DNA of 64,000 nt from Candidatus Micrarchaeota archaeon (GTDB lineage Archaea; Iainarchaeota; Iainarchaeia; Iainarchaeales; JAGVWC01). Below the pieces are notes generated by a model. It was given only the letters and a program-made list of their open reading frames with translations. It was not told the DNA's origin and did no database searches. Positions 18,823 to 28,124 of the stretch are shown here, in pieces. Numbering within the stretch: position 1 is the first letter of the stretch; each line of letters starts with the position of its first letter. The stretch covers positions 613 to 64,612 of the forward strand of contig JAZDJR010000031.1 in NCBI GenBank assembly GCA_043803815.1. Reading direction: 5' to 3'. The position numbers and the translations under genes are program-made.

Positions 18823-19362
18823 ATGGGGCAGTTAATGAAAATAGACGATCAGGTGAGAGTTGCCGTATTGGATGCCTTGCTCAAAAAAGGAACCGTTTCT
18901 GCGAATCTTTCACGGATTCAGCACTACACCAAACTGCATAAGGCAACGATTAAAGCGTCCTTGGAGTTTTTGGCCAAGGAAGGCGTTCTGGACGGATTCG
19001 GCCCTAAAATCAATTTTAAAAAATTCGGCTTTGGTCTGGAAGTCTTGACTATTTTGCAGGTGGACTTGTCCGAAAAAAAAGTGTTTGACGACTTTTTGGC
19101 GGAAGCATTAAAGGACCCGCATTTTTACAGCCTTTCTCCCGTTATCGGCTCGGGAAACTGGAATTTACTCGCGCGGCATTTTTACCATGACATCGAATCT
19201 TACCACAAAAATGAAGAGGAAAATTATTTCAAGAAAATTCCGGGGCTGTTCAAACTGGTGCGCGACCGCCAGATTTTTTACGTGACCGAGCCGCATTATA
19301 AGCAGTCCTCGCGGACCGAATCGATCATCAAAGCCGTGAAAAAAGAAAAGGGGCTGGATTAA
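18823..19362 (+). CDS. Winged-helix transcriptional regulator (Lrp/AsnC-like N-terminal HTH plus RAM-like C-terminal domain)
   Basis: 179 aa. VAVLDALLKKGTVSANLSRIQHYTKLHKATIKASLEFLAKEG. Confidence 0.5.
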   Translation: MGQLMKIDDQVRVAVLDALLKKGTVSANLSRIQHYTKLHKATIKASLEFLAKEGVLDGFGPKINFKKFGFGLEVLTILQVDLSEKKVFDDFLAEALKDPHFYSLSPVIGSGNWNLLARHFYHDIESYHKNEEENYFKKIPGLFKLVRDRQIFYVTEPHYKQSSRTESIIKAVKKEKGLD

Positions 19363-19363
19363 G

Positions 19364-20182
19364 TTGCGCGCAGAACTTGATTTGGACAAAACCGTTGAGC
19401 AAAACGCGGAGCGCTATTTTGAACTGGGAAAAAAATTCAAAAAAAAGCTTAAAGGCCTTGAATCGTCGATGGCACCGCTGCAAAAAGAACTGCAAAAAGC
19501 AAGGCAAACCCGGGCGCTTTGCGTCCAATCCAAAAAAGCGCCGGTCAAGCGCAAGCGCGAATGGTTTGAAAAATTCCGCTGGTTTAAAACAACGGACGAT
19601 TTTTTGGTCATCGGCGGCCGGGACGCAAAATCCAACGAGCAGGTCGTCAAAAAGTTTTTGGACGACTCCGACCTGTATTTTCACGCGGACGTACTGGGTG
19701 CTCCGCACTGCGCGTTAAAAACCAAAAAAAATTCGGCCCCGATTGAAAGCAAAAAAGAAGCCGCCGTATTTGCCGCTATTTTTTCCCGCGCCTGGCAAAG
19801 CGGAACCACGGCCGCGGACGGTTACGGCGTTTTGCCGGAGCAAGTGTCCAAAAAAGCCGTGTCGGGGGAATTTTTGTCCGCCGGCGCCTTTATGATTTAC
19901 GGGGAGCGAGAATGGTACCGTAAAATCGCCTTGCGCTGCGGAATCGGGATTGAAAAAATCGGGGATGACTGGCGCGTCATCAGCGGACCGGTTTCGGCGG
20001 TCAAAAAGCACGCGGCTTTTTTTGTGGAAATCAGGCCGGGCAAAACGGAAAAAGGGGATTTGTCCAAAAAGCTGTTCCGGTTTTTTTTGTTCAAGGCCCA
20101 AAACAGCCTGGGTTCGGTTTCTTTGGACGATTTTATCGCGGCTCTTCCGACGGGAGAAAGCGACATCGTTACTCAGCATTAA
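19364..20182 (+). CDS. Standalone NFACT-R (DUF814) domain protein, related to the C-terminal module of Rqc2/NEMF/FbpA
   Basis: DDFLVIGGRDAKSNEQVVKKFLDDSDLYFHADVLGAPHCALK matches the NFACT-R signature (GR.a..N...., D.wfHa, G(S/A)PH). Confidence 0.6.
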   Translation: MRAELDLDKTVEQNAERYFELGKKFKKKLKGLESSMAPLQKELQKARQTRALCVQSKKAPVKRKREWFEKFRWFKTTDDFLVIGGRDAKSNEQVVKKFLDDSDLYFHADVLGAPHCALKTKKNSAPIESKKEAAVFAAIFSRAWQSGTTAADGYGVLPEQVSKKAVSGEFLSAGAFMIYGEREWYRKIALRCGIGIEKIGDDWRVISGPVSAVKKHAAFFVEIRPGKTEKGDLSKKLFRFFLFKAQNSLGSVSLDDFIAALPTGESDIVTQH

Positions 20183-20256
20183 AAATAGCGGCAGCCAAAA
20201 AAAGCCGTGGAATCGTTTTTTAATTTGTTTTAACGGTTCTCATCATTGAAACATTT

Positions 20257-22647
20257 ATGTATTCCGCATCCAATGTGCCCGCATCGAAAAAAGAGCTGGT
20301 TTTGACCGTGTTTGACCCCGACCCCGGCCATGTGGGCCGAAACATCATTACTTTGGACCGCCAGTCCAAGGAAACCCTCGGGGTTACTTCCGGAGATATA
20401 GTTGAAATAGAAGGAAACGGACGGAAAACCGCCGCCGTGATTTGGCCGGCGCGCGCGGAAGACGAGGGAAAAGCGACGATTCGAATGGACAATTTTTTGC
20501 GGCACAATGCCGGAGTCGGCTTGGGGGAAAAAGTAACAGTGCGCTCCGCGGAAGTAAAAGAAGCCAAAAAAGTCGTTTTGGCGCCCACCCAGGAAATCCG
20601 GATTATTGCTTCAGGCTATGACCGGATTTTGAAAAAAAATTTTATCGGCCGTCCTTTGGTGCGCGGCGATTCGGTTTGGATTTCGGTTTTCGGTTCGGGT
20701 TTTGTGTATACTGTTGTGGATACGACTCCGCGCGGAATCGTAAAGGTAAACGATTTTACCCAGTTTATTTTGAAGGAACAGCCGATTAAGGAAACTATCG
20801 GGATTTCCAAGCGCAGTTATGACGACTTAGGCGGCCTGCAGGAACAGGTCCGAAAAGTCCGCGAAATGATTGAACTTCCCATGCGCCATCCGGAATTGTT
20901 CCGCAAGCTCGGAATCAATCCGCCCAAAGGCGTTTTATTGTTCGGCCCGCCGGGAACGGGAAAAACTTTGCTTGCCAAAGCGGTTGCGAACGAGACTAAT
21001 GCGCATTTTATTTCGATTGCTGCTCCGGCGCTTATGTCAAAGTTCGTCGGCGAAGCCGAAGAGCGGATTAGGCAGGTGTTTAAGGAAGCGGAAGACAGCG
21101 CGCCCAGCATAATTTTTTTCGATGAAATCGACGCCGTCGCACCCAAGCGCGACGAAGTCATCGGCGAAGTCGAGCGCCGCGTGGTCGCGCAATTATTGGC
21201 GTCGATGGACGGCATGGAAGCCCGCGGAGCCGTGGTAGTTATTGCGGCGACTAACCGCGTGAATTCACTGGATGAGGCGTTGCGCCGCCCCGGGCGATTT
21301 GACCGTGAAGTTGAGTTTCCCGTGCCGGACAAGAATGGGCGACTCCAGATTTTGCAGATTCATACAAGGGGAATGCCAATTAAACCCGCATTTGATATTT
21401 CCGGCATTATTGATTTTTTTAAAAAGGGAAAACAAACCGCGATTCCAAAGGTTCGGCGCGACGAATTAATCGGAATTTTGACTAAAAATGGCAAGGATGA
21501 AGCGGAATTTTGGAAAGTTCTTTCGGAAAGCGAATACAGCGAGATTTCCGAGTTTTTGCGCTATAAAATGCTCGAAGAATTCGCGAGTGTTACGCACGGT
21601 TTTGTCGGTGCGGACTTGGAGGCGCTAACCAAGGAAAGCGCGATGAAAGCCCTGCGTCGTTATTTAGAGCCAGGCAGTAAACCGATGATTAACTTGGAGG
21701 ATGAAACCATACCGTCGGAAATTTTAGAACAATTGCAGGTTGAAAAAAAAGATTTTTTAGACGGGCTTAAAGAGGTTCAGGCAAGCGCGCTTCGAGAGAT
21801 TACCATTGAAATTCCGGATGTCCATTGGGCCGATATCGGGGGCTTGGAAGACATAAAGGAAGAATTAAAACAAGCGGTTGAGTGGCCGCTGGAAAATCCC
21901 CAGATATTCAATAAAATGGGAATTCGGCCTCCGCGCGGCATATTGTTATATGGCCCGCCGGGCACCGGTAAAACTTTGCTGGTAAAAGCCGTTGCAACAG
22001 AAAGCAAAGCCAATTTTATTTCAATCAAAGGACCGGAACTTGTTTCAATGTGGCTTGGAGAATCTGAAAAAGCCATTAGAAAAGTTTTTAAAAAAGCCAG
22101 GCAAGTCGCCCCGGTAATTGTTTTTTTTGACGAATTTGATTCTATCGCCACGTCGCGCGGTATTTCTGTGGGAGAAGGTGGCAGTTCCGATCGGGTGGTT
22201 AACCAATTATTGACTGAAATCGACGGAATTAAACCGTTGGAAGATGTTGTTGTTATTGCGGCGACCAATCGCCCCGACCTTATCGATCCCGGTTTGTTGC
22301 GCCAAGGCCGATTTGACAAAATCATTCGGACCCCCTCGCCGGACGAAAAAGCGCGCCTGCAAATCTTACTGGTGAAAACCAAAGGCGTGCCGTTGGATGA
22401 AAACGTGTCATTGGAAAGTTTAGCCAAGAGCACGATTGGCTTTTCGGGCGCGGATTTGGATGGCCTGGTGCGCGAAGCCGCGTTAATGGCGTTAAAAGAA
22501 AGCAAATTAAAAGCAACCAAAATCGCCCAGCGCCATATCGATGAAGTTCTTAAAAAATTGGCCCCCTCGATTTCGACTGAAACCGAAGAAGCTTATGCGG
22601 AATTCAAATTGCACAAAGGCGATTTCAAGCCGAGCTACATCGAATAG
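20257..22647 (+). CDS. cdc48: Cdc48/VCP-like AAA+ ATPase (N domain plus D1 and D2)
   Basis: 796 aa. Two complete AAA modules ([13 protein letters not shown] and [13 protein letters not shown]), each with a DE Walker B and SRH ([38 protein letters not shown]). Confidence 0.9.
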   Translation: MYSASNVPASKKELVLTVFDPDPGHVGRNIITLDRQSKETLGVTSGDIVEIEGNGRKTAAVIWPARAEDEGKATIRMDNFLRHNAGVGLGEKVTVRSAEVKEAKKVVLAPTQEIRIIASGYDRILKKNFIGRPLVRGDSVWISVFGSGFVYTVVDTTPRGIVKVNDFTQFILKEQPIKETIGISKRSYDDLGGLQEQVRKVREMIELPMRHPELFRKLGINPPKGVLLFGPPGTGKTLLAKAVANETNAHFISIAAPALMSKFVGEAEERIRQVFKEAEDSAPSIIFFDEIDAVAPKRDEVIGEVERRVVAQLLASMDGMEARGAVVVIAATNRVNSLDEALRRPGRFDREVEFPVPDKNGRLQILQIHTRGMPIKPAFDISGIIDFFKKGKQTAIPKVRRDELIGILTKNGKDEAEFWKVLSESEYSEISEFLRYKMLEEFASVTHGFVGADLEALTKESAMKALRRYLEPGSKPMINLEDETIPSEILEQLQVEKKDFLDGLKEVQASALREITIEIPDVHWADIGGLEDIKEELKQAVEWPLENPQIFNKMGIRPPRGILLYGPPGTGKTLLVKAVATESKANFISIKGPELVSMWLGESEKAIRKVFKKARQVAPVIVFFDEFDSIATSRGISVGEGGSSDRVVNQLLTEIDGIKPLEDVVVIAATNRPDLIDPGLLRQGRFDKIIRTPSPDEKARLQILLVKTKGVPLDENVSLESLAKSTIGFSGADLDGLVREAALMALKESKLKATKIAQRHIDEVLKKLAPSISTETEEAYAEFKLHKGDFKPSYIE

Positions 22648-22816
22648 TTGGCAAGAAAAATTTTGGAACGAGATTTTTATCAGTGTAAATAAGACGGTTG
22701 CCCCTGCGGATTAAACACGTTTTACGATTTGTGCAGTAACCAAGCTCTTCTTGCCAAAGTTCGTGGGATTTTCGAGGAACATAACGCTTAACTTATTGGG
22801 TATTGTCTAATCAACT

Positions 22817-23539
22817 ATGCCTACTGATTCATTTTTCAGAGATTTTACGTTGCTCGAATTATCTCACATTCTCGGCGGGTCTTTGGATGGAGGACTTGAG
22901 GACGTCATTGCAGTGCAAAGACGAATCGACGAAGCCAAGCGGGCCATTGACGAACAAATTAAGTCCGGAAACGTGAAAAAGGGGGACTTGGTTATGCTGG
23001 AAGGGCCTAAACAGTACACCTTCAAGCATTTCAAAGAAGAATACGGTTTTGCAGCACGTGATTTCCAAGAAGAATGGAAACCCTTGCTCAAGATGTGTTA
23101 CAATTTTTATCACATCCTTGCGCAACATGCTAAAAAGAAAGGGTTGCGTGTTGAATTTCTTGAAAGGGGAACAACCCAACCGGGCGGAAGACTGTCAACC
23201 GCCACTAGGCAGATAGAACTGGGTCTGTATCAGTTGCCACGGGACAAAGCCAAAAGACTTGAGTACTTGGTTACTGTACGTCGGGACGACACCATGGTTC
23301 GACTGATTCAGAGTCGAAAGCCACGATTGGTGATTGCTGCGGCTGGGCACGCGGCTTGGATTGAAAAAACCTTGCGACCAACCCGTGTCGTTTTTACTTC
23401 TCGTAAATATCAAGACCCAGCCGAAAGAGCGGCAATCGTCCGGTATGCGCAACGCGAACGGATGTACCGCCAAGAGTACATGGATTACCACAATAGGGCT
23501 ATGCGCCCGAGAAGACCGTTAAGACCCCGTGCCATTTAG
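22817..23539 (+). CDS. Hypothetical protein with compositionally atypical codon usage
   Basis: 240 aa. Frequent AGA/AGG Arg codons and a balanced base composition, unlike neighbours. Arg/Pro-rich C-terminus. Confidence 0.45.
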   Translation: MPTDSFFRDFTLLELSHILGGSLDGGLEDVIAVQRRIDEAKRAIDEQIKSGNVKKGDLVMLEGPKQYTFKHFKEEYGFAARDFQEEWKPLLKMCYNFYHILAQHAKKKGLRVEFLERGTTQPGGRLSTATRQIELGLYQLPRDKAKRLEYLVTVRRDDTMVRLIQSRKPRLVIAAAGHAAWIEKTLRPTRVVFTSRKYQDPAERAAIVRYAQRERMYRQEYMDYHNRAMRPRRPLRPRAI

Positions 23540-23613
23540 AATTTCTTTCCATCGGCAATAAAATTTAACATTCATTATTTTCTTAGTGAACTCAATAGTC
23601 CAGAACGGAATAT

Positions 23614-24015
23614 TTATTCCAGAAAAATCGTTCCGGGCAGTTTTTTGAAGTGCGAATCTCCTGTCACGACTTTCGCGTTGAGTTCAAGCGCGGTGGCCAG
23701 AATGCTGGCGTCAATCAGGCTGAAATTGTTTTTGAATCGTTCGCGGACGTTGTTTTTGATGATTCCCGCATTTTGCGCGATTACGGTATCCAGTTCGGCT
23801 ATTCCGGTTTTTTTCTGAATAAACGCCAAGGCGTCGCTAAAACCGGTTCTTTTTTTTCGTGCGAAAAAATCGGACAGTTCGGCGATAACGGTTGTCGGGG
23901 TAAAGCAGCGGCGGGTTTGGAGCATTTCTTCGATTTGAATGCCGCTTTTTTCGGATTGGAAATAAGCAATCCAAGCCGACGTATCCAAGACCAAGCTAAA
24001 ATTGTCGGTATTCAT
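23614..24015 (-). CDS. vapC: PIN-domain toxin (VapC)
   Basis: MNTDNFSLVLDTSAWIAY... PIN N-terminus with the conserved Asp. The internal Met was chosen as the start so that it overlaps vapB by about 20 nt. Confidence 0.65.
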   Translation of the reverse strand: MNTDNFSLVLDTSAWIAYFQSEKSGIQIEEMLQTRRCFTPTTVIAELSDFFARKKRTGFSDALAFIQKKTGIAELDTVIAQNAGIIKNNVRERFKNNFSLIDASILATALELNAKVVTGDSHFKKLPGTIFLE

Positions 24016-24202
24016 CTTCTTTTTCCCTTTTGAATTTGCCCAGTTTGGGAAACGAGCCGAACATGCTGTCGGGAATTTGTTTTTCTTTTTCCACGAGTTT
24101 CCAGACAACTGCTTTGTAAGATTTGAATTTGTATTTGGTCCTGAGTTTTTCAAGTTCCTTAACCAACGGTTTGTCCATCTGAACGGTGGTCATGGCTTTC
24201 AT
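23996..24202 (-). CDS. vapB: Putative VapB-type antitoxin (ribbon-helix-helix-like)
   Basis: MKAMTTVQMDKPLVKELEKLRTKYKFKSYKAVVWKLVEKE...: a small charged protein directly upstream of, and overlapping, the PIN gene. Confidence 0.5.
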   Translation of the reverse strand: MKAMTTVQMDKPLVKELEKLRTKYKFKSYKAVVWKLVEKEKQIPDSMFGSFPKLGKFKREKEDEYRQF

Positions 24203-24255
24203 ATTATAGTTATAACTATAACTATATAAAAACCTGTTTTTTTCGGCAAATGCCG

Positions 24256-24840
24256 TTACAGAAAATAAAACATTACTAATAGCGGCAAAAACAGTATTGC
24301 CCAAATCGGTTTGTTCCAGTCGAATACTTTTTTTCCGTCCAGCGGCCCCAGCGGAATCAGGTTGAACAATGCCAAAAAGAAGTTGATTTGGCTGGCCGCG
24401 CTGAATATGAGTGAAATAAGCGGGTTTGAAAAAAATGCCACGGAGCCGGCTAAAAACAAAAACCCGAGGGCAATGTTGACTATGGGCCCCGCAACGGAAA
24501 TGATTCCGTTTTCGCGTTTGGTCAGGTTGCTTTTGAAAATATAAACCGCGCCTGGGGCCGCAAAAACGAATCCTAAGCCGAAAGCAAGCCCGAGCGCCAG
24601 CACCAATCCCATGGGCCAGGCAAAAAAAGCCGCGCGCGCTCCGTAATGAATTGCCGCATATTTGTGGGAAAGCTCGTGGAGAATAAATCCGGTTCCGACC
24701 GCGACAGCCGCCACGACAAATGCAAGGTAAAAGTTGTTCGGAAACGCGAGTTCGCTAAAGTTGTTTCGCATGACCCAGCCAAAAGCCACGCTGATGACGA
24801 GCCAGCTTCCGGCGATTTCGATGATTTCGCGTTGGTCCAT
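24256..24840 (-). CDS. M50-family (site-2 protease-like) intramembrane zinc metalloprotease
   Basis: HELSH (HExxH) inside a TM segment; downstream LALFNLIPLGPLDG motif; polytopic. Confidence 0.7.
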   Translation of the reverse strand: MDQREIIEIAGSWLVISVAFGWVMRNNFSELAFPNNFYLAFVVAAVAVGTGFILHELSHKYAAIHYGARAAFFAWPMGLVLALGLAFGLGFVFAAPGAVYIFKSNLTKRENGIISVAGPIVNIALGFLFLAGSVAFFSNPLISLIFSAASQINFFLALFNLIPLGPLDGKKVFDWNKPIWAILFLPLLVMFYFL

Positions 24841-24987
24841 ACTAATCGATTAAAACTTTGTTTTCAAAACAGTTTTTAACCCCGCGGAATCGCTGGTTGC
24901 GAATTCACCTGAACCGTTTTTTGCCAAAGCGGATGGCTTGATTGGCGTTTCGTTTTTTGTCGAAAATTTTCGGGTTTATTACGCTTT

Positions 24988-25182
24988 TTGCATCGGCTTT
25001 TGTTTATGCGAAAGTTTTTTTCCCGGGCCCAGATTTCGGTTGAAATGCTGATTATTGCCGCGGCTTTGGTCGGCTTGGTCTTGTTTTTGGTTTCCCAGCT
25101 TACGGCTACCGGAACCAAAGCGTCGGCTAAAATCGGCGAAAAGTCTGACCAATTAATGGCTAAAATCGACGAATTGCACTGA
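24988..25182 (+). CDS. Small type IV pilin-like protein with class III signal peptide
   Basis: RKFFSRAQ|ISVEMLIIAAALVGLV. Gln at +1 and Glu at +5 after the predicted cleavage site. Confidence 0.6.
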   Translation: MHRLLFMRKFFSRAQISVEMLIIAAALVGLVLFLVSQLTATGTKASAKIGEKSDQLMAKIDELH

Positions 25183-25194
25183 ATCGGTGGTAGG

Positions 25195-25614
25195 TTGAAG
25201 ACATGCGGCCAGGTTTCGCTTGAATTTTTGCTGATTGCGGCCGCTTTTTTGGGAATTTTACTGGTTATGATGGCCGCGTTAACCGTTGCTTTTGAAAGCG
25301 GCCAATTTGCGCTGTCCGTTTCCGCTGCCCAGTATCTTGCAAACGAAATCCAGTCCGATGTGGACACTTTGTCGGTGCTGGGCGAGAATTCGCAAATTTC
25401 AGTCGACCTTCCGGCATTTTCCAACGGCCGGCTGGTGTTTCAAAACAATGCCTTTGAACTGCGGCTGATTTCGGATACTACTTCAACTGAAAAAGTTTTT
25501 TCCCGCGAACTTTCGCTTTTTGCCACGCCGGCTGAATTCGATTTGGATGCTTCGCAGCGCATAATTTTGGAAAAAACCGGCGGTAATTTAACGGTAAACC
25601 GTCAGCCGGATTGA
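25195..25614 (+). CDS. Archaeal type IV pilin with class III signal peptide
   Basis: MKTCG|QVSLEFLLIAAAFLGILLV. Canonical KG-QxSLEF prepilin motif. Confidence 0.75.
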   Translation: MKTCGQVSLEFLLIAAAFLGILLVMMAALTVAFESGQFALSVSAAQYLANEIQSDVDTLSVLGENSQISVDLPAFSNGRLVFQNNAFELRLISDTTSTEKVFSRELSLFATPAEFDLDASQRIILEKTGGNLTVNRQPD

Positions 25615-25926
25615 AGTCCAGTTGTTTTGGAAAAAAATTCCTTCCGCGCTGACCGTGTTTCCAAAAGAACCGGTGTTTTTCGCTAAAACCGTTTGATGAT
25701 TAATTTGCAGTTCATAATCCTGGCTTGAAAAAAGCCGTTCGATGTCCTGCCGCATTTCTTCGGTTGTCGGGCGGGTCTGGTCCCATACCTTGAACAGGTC
25801 GAATTCTTTTTGCAGGACAATGGTTTGGCTAAACGATTCCGCCGGAAAGCTTGCAAACATCAGCAATAATCCGCTTACCAGTAAAATTCCCAATACTGCG
25901 TCCAATGTAAGCCAAAATCCCTTATT
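25588..25926 (-). CDS. Pilin-like protein (MNKGF-type class III-like N-terminus)
   Basis: Internal start gives MNKG|FWLTLDAVLGILLVSGLLL. Overlaps the next gene by 4 nt. Confidence 0.45.
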   Translation of the reverse strand, partial: NKGFWLTLDAVLGILLVSGLLLMFASFPAESFSQTIVLQKEFDLFKVWDQTRPTTEEMRQDIERLFSSQDYELQINHQTVLAKNTGSFGNTVSAEGIFFQNNWTSIRLTVYR

Positions 25927-26404
25927 CATGGCACACAAGCCCCCGTAAAACGGTTTTTTGGCGGTTGACCAAAACAAAGCGTTCAATCCAAAGGCAGTTT
26001 TGGCCTCGGGAATTGTCAAAAATCGTTTCGGTCGAGCCGTCCGCGTTTTTTAGTTCGATTTTTTTGAAAAATACCGGGCTGTTTTCGCTTTCCTGCGCCG
26101 CGGGTATTTGCCGGAGCAGTTCCAAATCGATTTCGTTGGTTTTGGAGCGGTGCAGGCTTGCTGAAAAAACCGCGCTGCCGTATTGGGGATTTGTTTCGTC
26201 GCGGTTTTTTAAAAGCGAATCCGCCAAAAAAACCGCGTTGGCTTGAAGTTCCTGCGAATCGAACCTGCGAATCGATTGTTCGACTTGCGAATGAAAAAAG
26301 CTTAAAATCAGAAAAAAGAGCAGTAAAAACCCCAAAAATGCGAAGATTAGGTCCAAGGCCGCCAATTGGCCCTTGTTTGAATTATCGGTAATGGTCAGGC
26401 GTAG
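25922..26404 (-). CDS. Pilin-like protein. The class III motif lies upstream of the first canonical start codon, so the start is uncertain.
   Basis: In-frame translation upstream of the TTG at 26365 reads ...SNKGQ|LAALDLIFAFLGFLLLFF with no ATG/GTG/TTG start between the stop at 26405-26407 and the motif. Confidence 0.45.
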   Translation of the reverse strand, partial: LRLTITDNSNKGQLAALDLIFAFLGFLLLFFLILSFFHSQVEQSIRRFDSQELQANAVFLADSLLKNRDETNPQYGSAVFSASLHRSKTNEIDLELLRQIPAAQESENSPVFFKKIELKNADGSTETIFDNSRGQNCLWIERFVLVNRQKTVLRGLVCHE

Positions 26405-26774
26405 TCACTTCCAGAACCGTTGCTCCGTTAAACGAAACCAAGGCCACGTGTTCCGCTAAAATATACGCTTTTTTTTCGATTCCGAATCCGTTCGCGAAGA
26501 TAAAATGCGGCTGTTCGGGGTCGGGAATGCAGTTGGCTAGTTGCGTTTTGGGCTTTCCGCCGGCATTGGCAAAAATCGAGTCGATGATTTGGCTGCAGGA
26601 TTTGGCGTTTTGAATCGCGGTGATGCGTTCGCCGGTTTGAATCATTTTGGATTGCAGTTCGTTTCCGGTTCCCAATAAAAGCGCGAGGAACCCCAAAAAA
26701 GCGGCAAACACGAGCAGGTGCTCCAAAGCCAGCTGCCCAAAAGAATTCCGAACGCGAAAATACCCGCGGTTCAT
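26382..26774 (-). CDS. Archaeal type IV pilin with class III signal peptide
   Basis: MNRGYFRVRNSFG|QLALEHLLVFAAFLGFLALLLG. Gln at +1 and Glu at +5. Confidence 0.7.
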   Translation of the reverse strand: MNRGYFRVRNSFGQLALEHLLVFAAFLGFLALLLGTGNELQSKMIQTGERITAIQNAKSCSQIIDSIFANAGGKPKTQLANCIPDPEQPHFIFANGFGIEKKAYILAEHVALVSFNGATVLEVTTPDHYR

Positions 26775-27331
26775 GGCGCCACCACAAAAGCGGTTTGTTC
26801 GTATCCGATGGGAACCAAAAAAAACGTTTTGGTGGAACCGATTTGGATTTCGGCGGCCAAGGTTTGGTTTCGAAGGATTCCGCCGGTAAACGCGTAATGG
26901 CCGGTTGTTCCGGCCGGAGTTGAAACAAAAAAAACAATCGATTGTTCGTTTAATTTTTGCAGGGAAATGCTTTCGGCCGGCTGGTACAGAACCATGTCAT
27001 AGGAATCCGCGCTTGTGGTCACGTCAAAAAAAGAAATGAACGGGTAATCGGCTTGTATTTTTTGGATAACTGAAAATAATTGCCGGTTAATCGTTTCTTT
27101 GGCAAAAGTGCCGTCCGGGTTTTGCAACGCGGTTTGGATTTTTAAATTGTCCAGGACGGTTTGGTCAACCGCGTTTTCCAAGGCGGTTCGCCAGTAAGAA
27201 GCGGTTTCGTTTTCCAATCCGGCAATTTGGGCCTTGTGAAAAGACGTGGCGGCCTGATTTTGGCTTGAAGCCAATGTCAATAAGGCGCCGGCCGCGAGCA
27301 GTACCCACAAGGCGGAAAATCCTTTGTTCAT
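26771..27331 (-). CDS. Pilin-like protein (MNKGF-type N-terminus), first gene of the minus-strand pilin operon
   Basis: MNKG|FSALWVLLAAGALLTLASS. Overlaps the next gene by 4 nt. Confidence 0.5.
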   Translation of the reverse strand: MNKGFSALWVLLAAGALLTLASSQNQAATSFHKAQIAGLENETASYWRTALENAVDQTVLDNLKIQTALQNPDGTFAKETINRQLFSVIQKIQADYPFISFFDVTTSADSYDMVLYQPAESISLQKLNEQSIVFFVSTPAGTTGHYAFTGGILRNQTLAAEIQIGSTKTFFLVPIGYEQTAFVVAP

Positions 27332-27446
27332 ATGGATACTGGGCAAAAAGCCGTTTTATGCGGGTTTTTTTTCGTTTTTCAACGAAGTCGCCGCAAATGC
27401 CGTAATCGCTGTCCATACACGACCGGTTTTATACTAAAAAAAATCC

Positions 27447-27701
27447 GTGGATTTATGGTTCCCAAACTTTTTTATTGTCCAACCGCGAATGTCTTGCATG
27501 GTTCCTAAAACTTGGGTGCAAGGGGTTGCCATTGCTTTTTTGGTTATGGCGTTTATGACCGTGATTCATGAATGGCTGCAGACGCCGTTTGACTTGCGGG
27601 TTTGGATTACTTTGCTTGTCGGAATCGTTGTTTTTGTCGCGGGTTTTTTGCTTTTGGAGCAGAATTCGGTGCGGGATTTGCCGGCGTTTCGCAAATCGTA
27701 G
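27447..27701 (+). CDS. Small hypothetical membrane protein
   Basis: 84 aa with two TM helices. Confidence 0.3.
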   Translation: MDLWFPNFFIVQPRMSCMVPKTWVQGVAIAFLVMAFMTVIHEWLQTPFDLRVWITLLVGIVVFVAGFLLLEQNSVRDLPAFRKS

Positions 27702-28124
27702 CTATTTTTTGTCCGAAAACTTTTTTTGGTAGGCGTCGATTTCGGGATAATAAAATTCTGCAATGGTTTTTTTGGCTTTGGCAATGTCAAGCCAAAGGTA
27801 AGCGTCGTGTTCGCGGCTGAGTTTTATGCCGTCCTTTTTTTCGGCTGTGCAGATAAAAATAGTCATGTCCACCCACGAACCGTCTACGCGCTGGAAGCGG
27901 CGAACGCTTAGCGGTTCCTCAACCGTTATTTCCAGTGCGGTCTCTTCCAGAGTTTCGCGCTGCAATCCTTCCATAATGCTTTCGCTGGTTTCGATTTGTC
28001 CCCCCGGCAGTTCCCATATTCCGGGGCATTGGCTTGTGTAATCGGACCGCTTGATGACCAAAACTTTGCGATTTTGCACAATAAACGCTTTGGCTGAAAC
28101 GCGGCTCTGGTTTTTTTCTGTCAT
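27702..28124 (-). CDS. NUDIX hydrolase
   Basis: NUDIX box GGQIETSESIMEGLQRETLEETAL. Confidence 0.8.
   Translation of the reverse strand: MTEKNQSRVSAKAFIVQNRKVLVIKRSDYTSQCPGIWELPGGQIETSESIMEGLQRETLEETALEITVEEPLSVRRFQRVDGSWVDMTIFICTAEKKDGIKLSREHDAYLWLDIAKAKKTIAEFYYPEIDAYQKKFSDKK

Noticed and set aside
22648-22757. Perfect 10-bp inverted repeat pair as MITE or transposon termini
   Set aside because: About six 10-bp inverted repeats within 100 bp are expected by chance in 64 kb. No transposase or target-site duplication is seen. Kept only as supporting detail in a finding.
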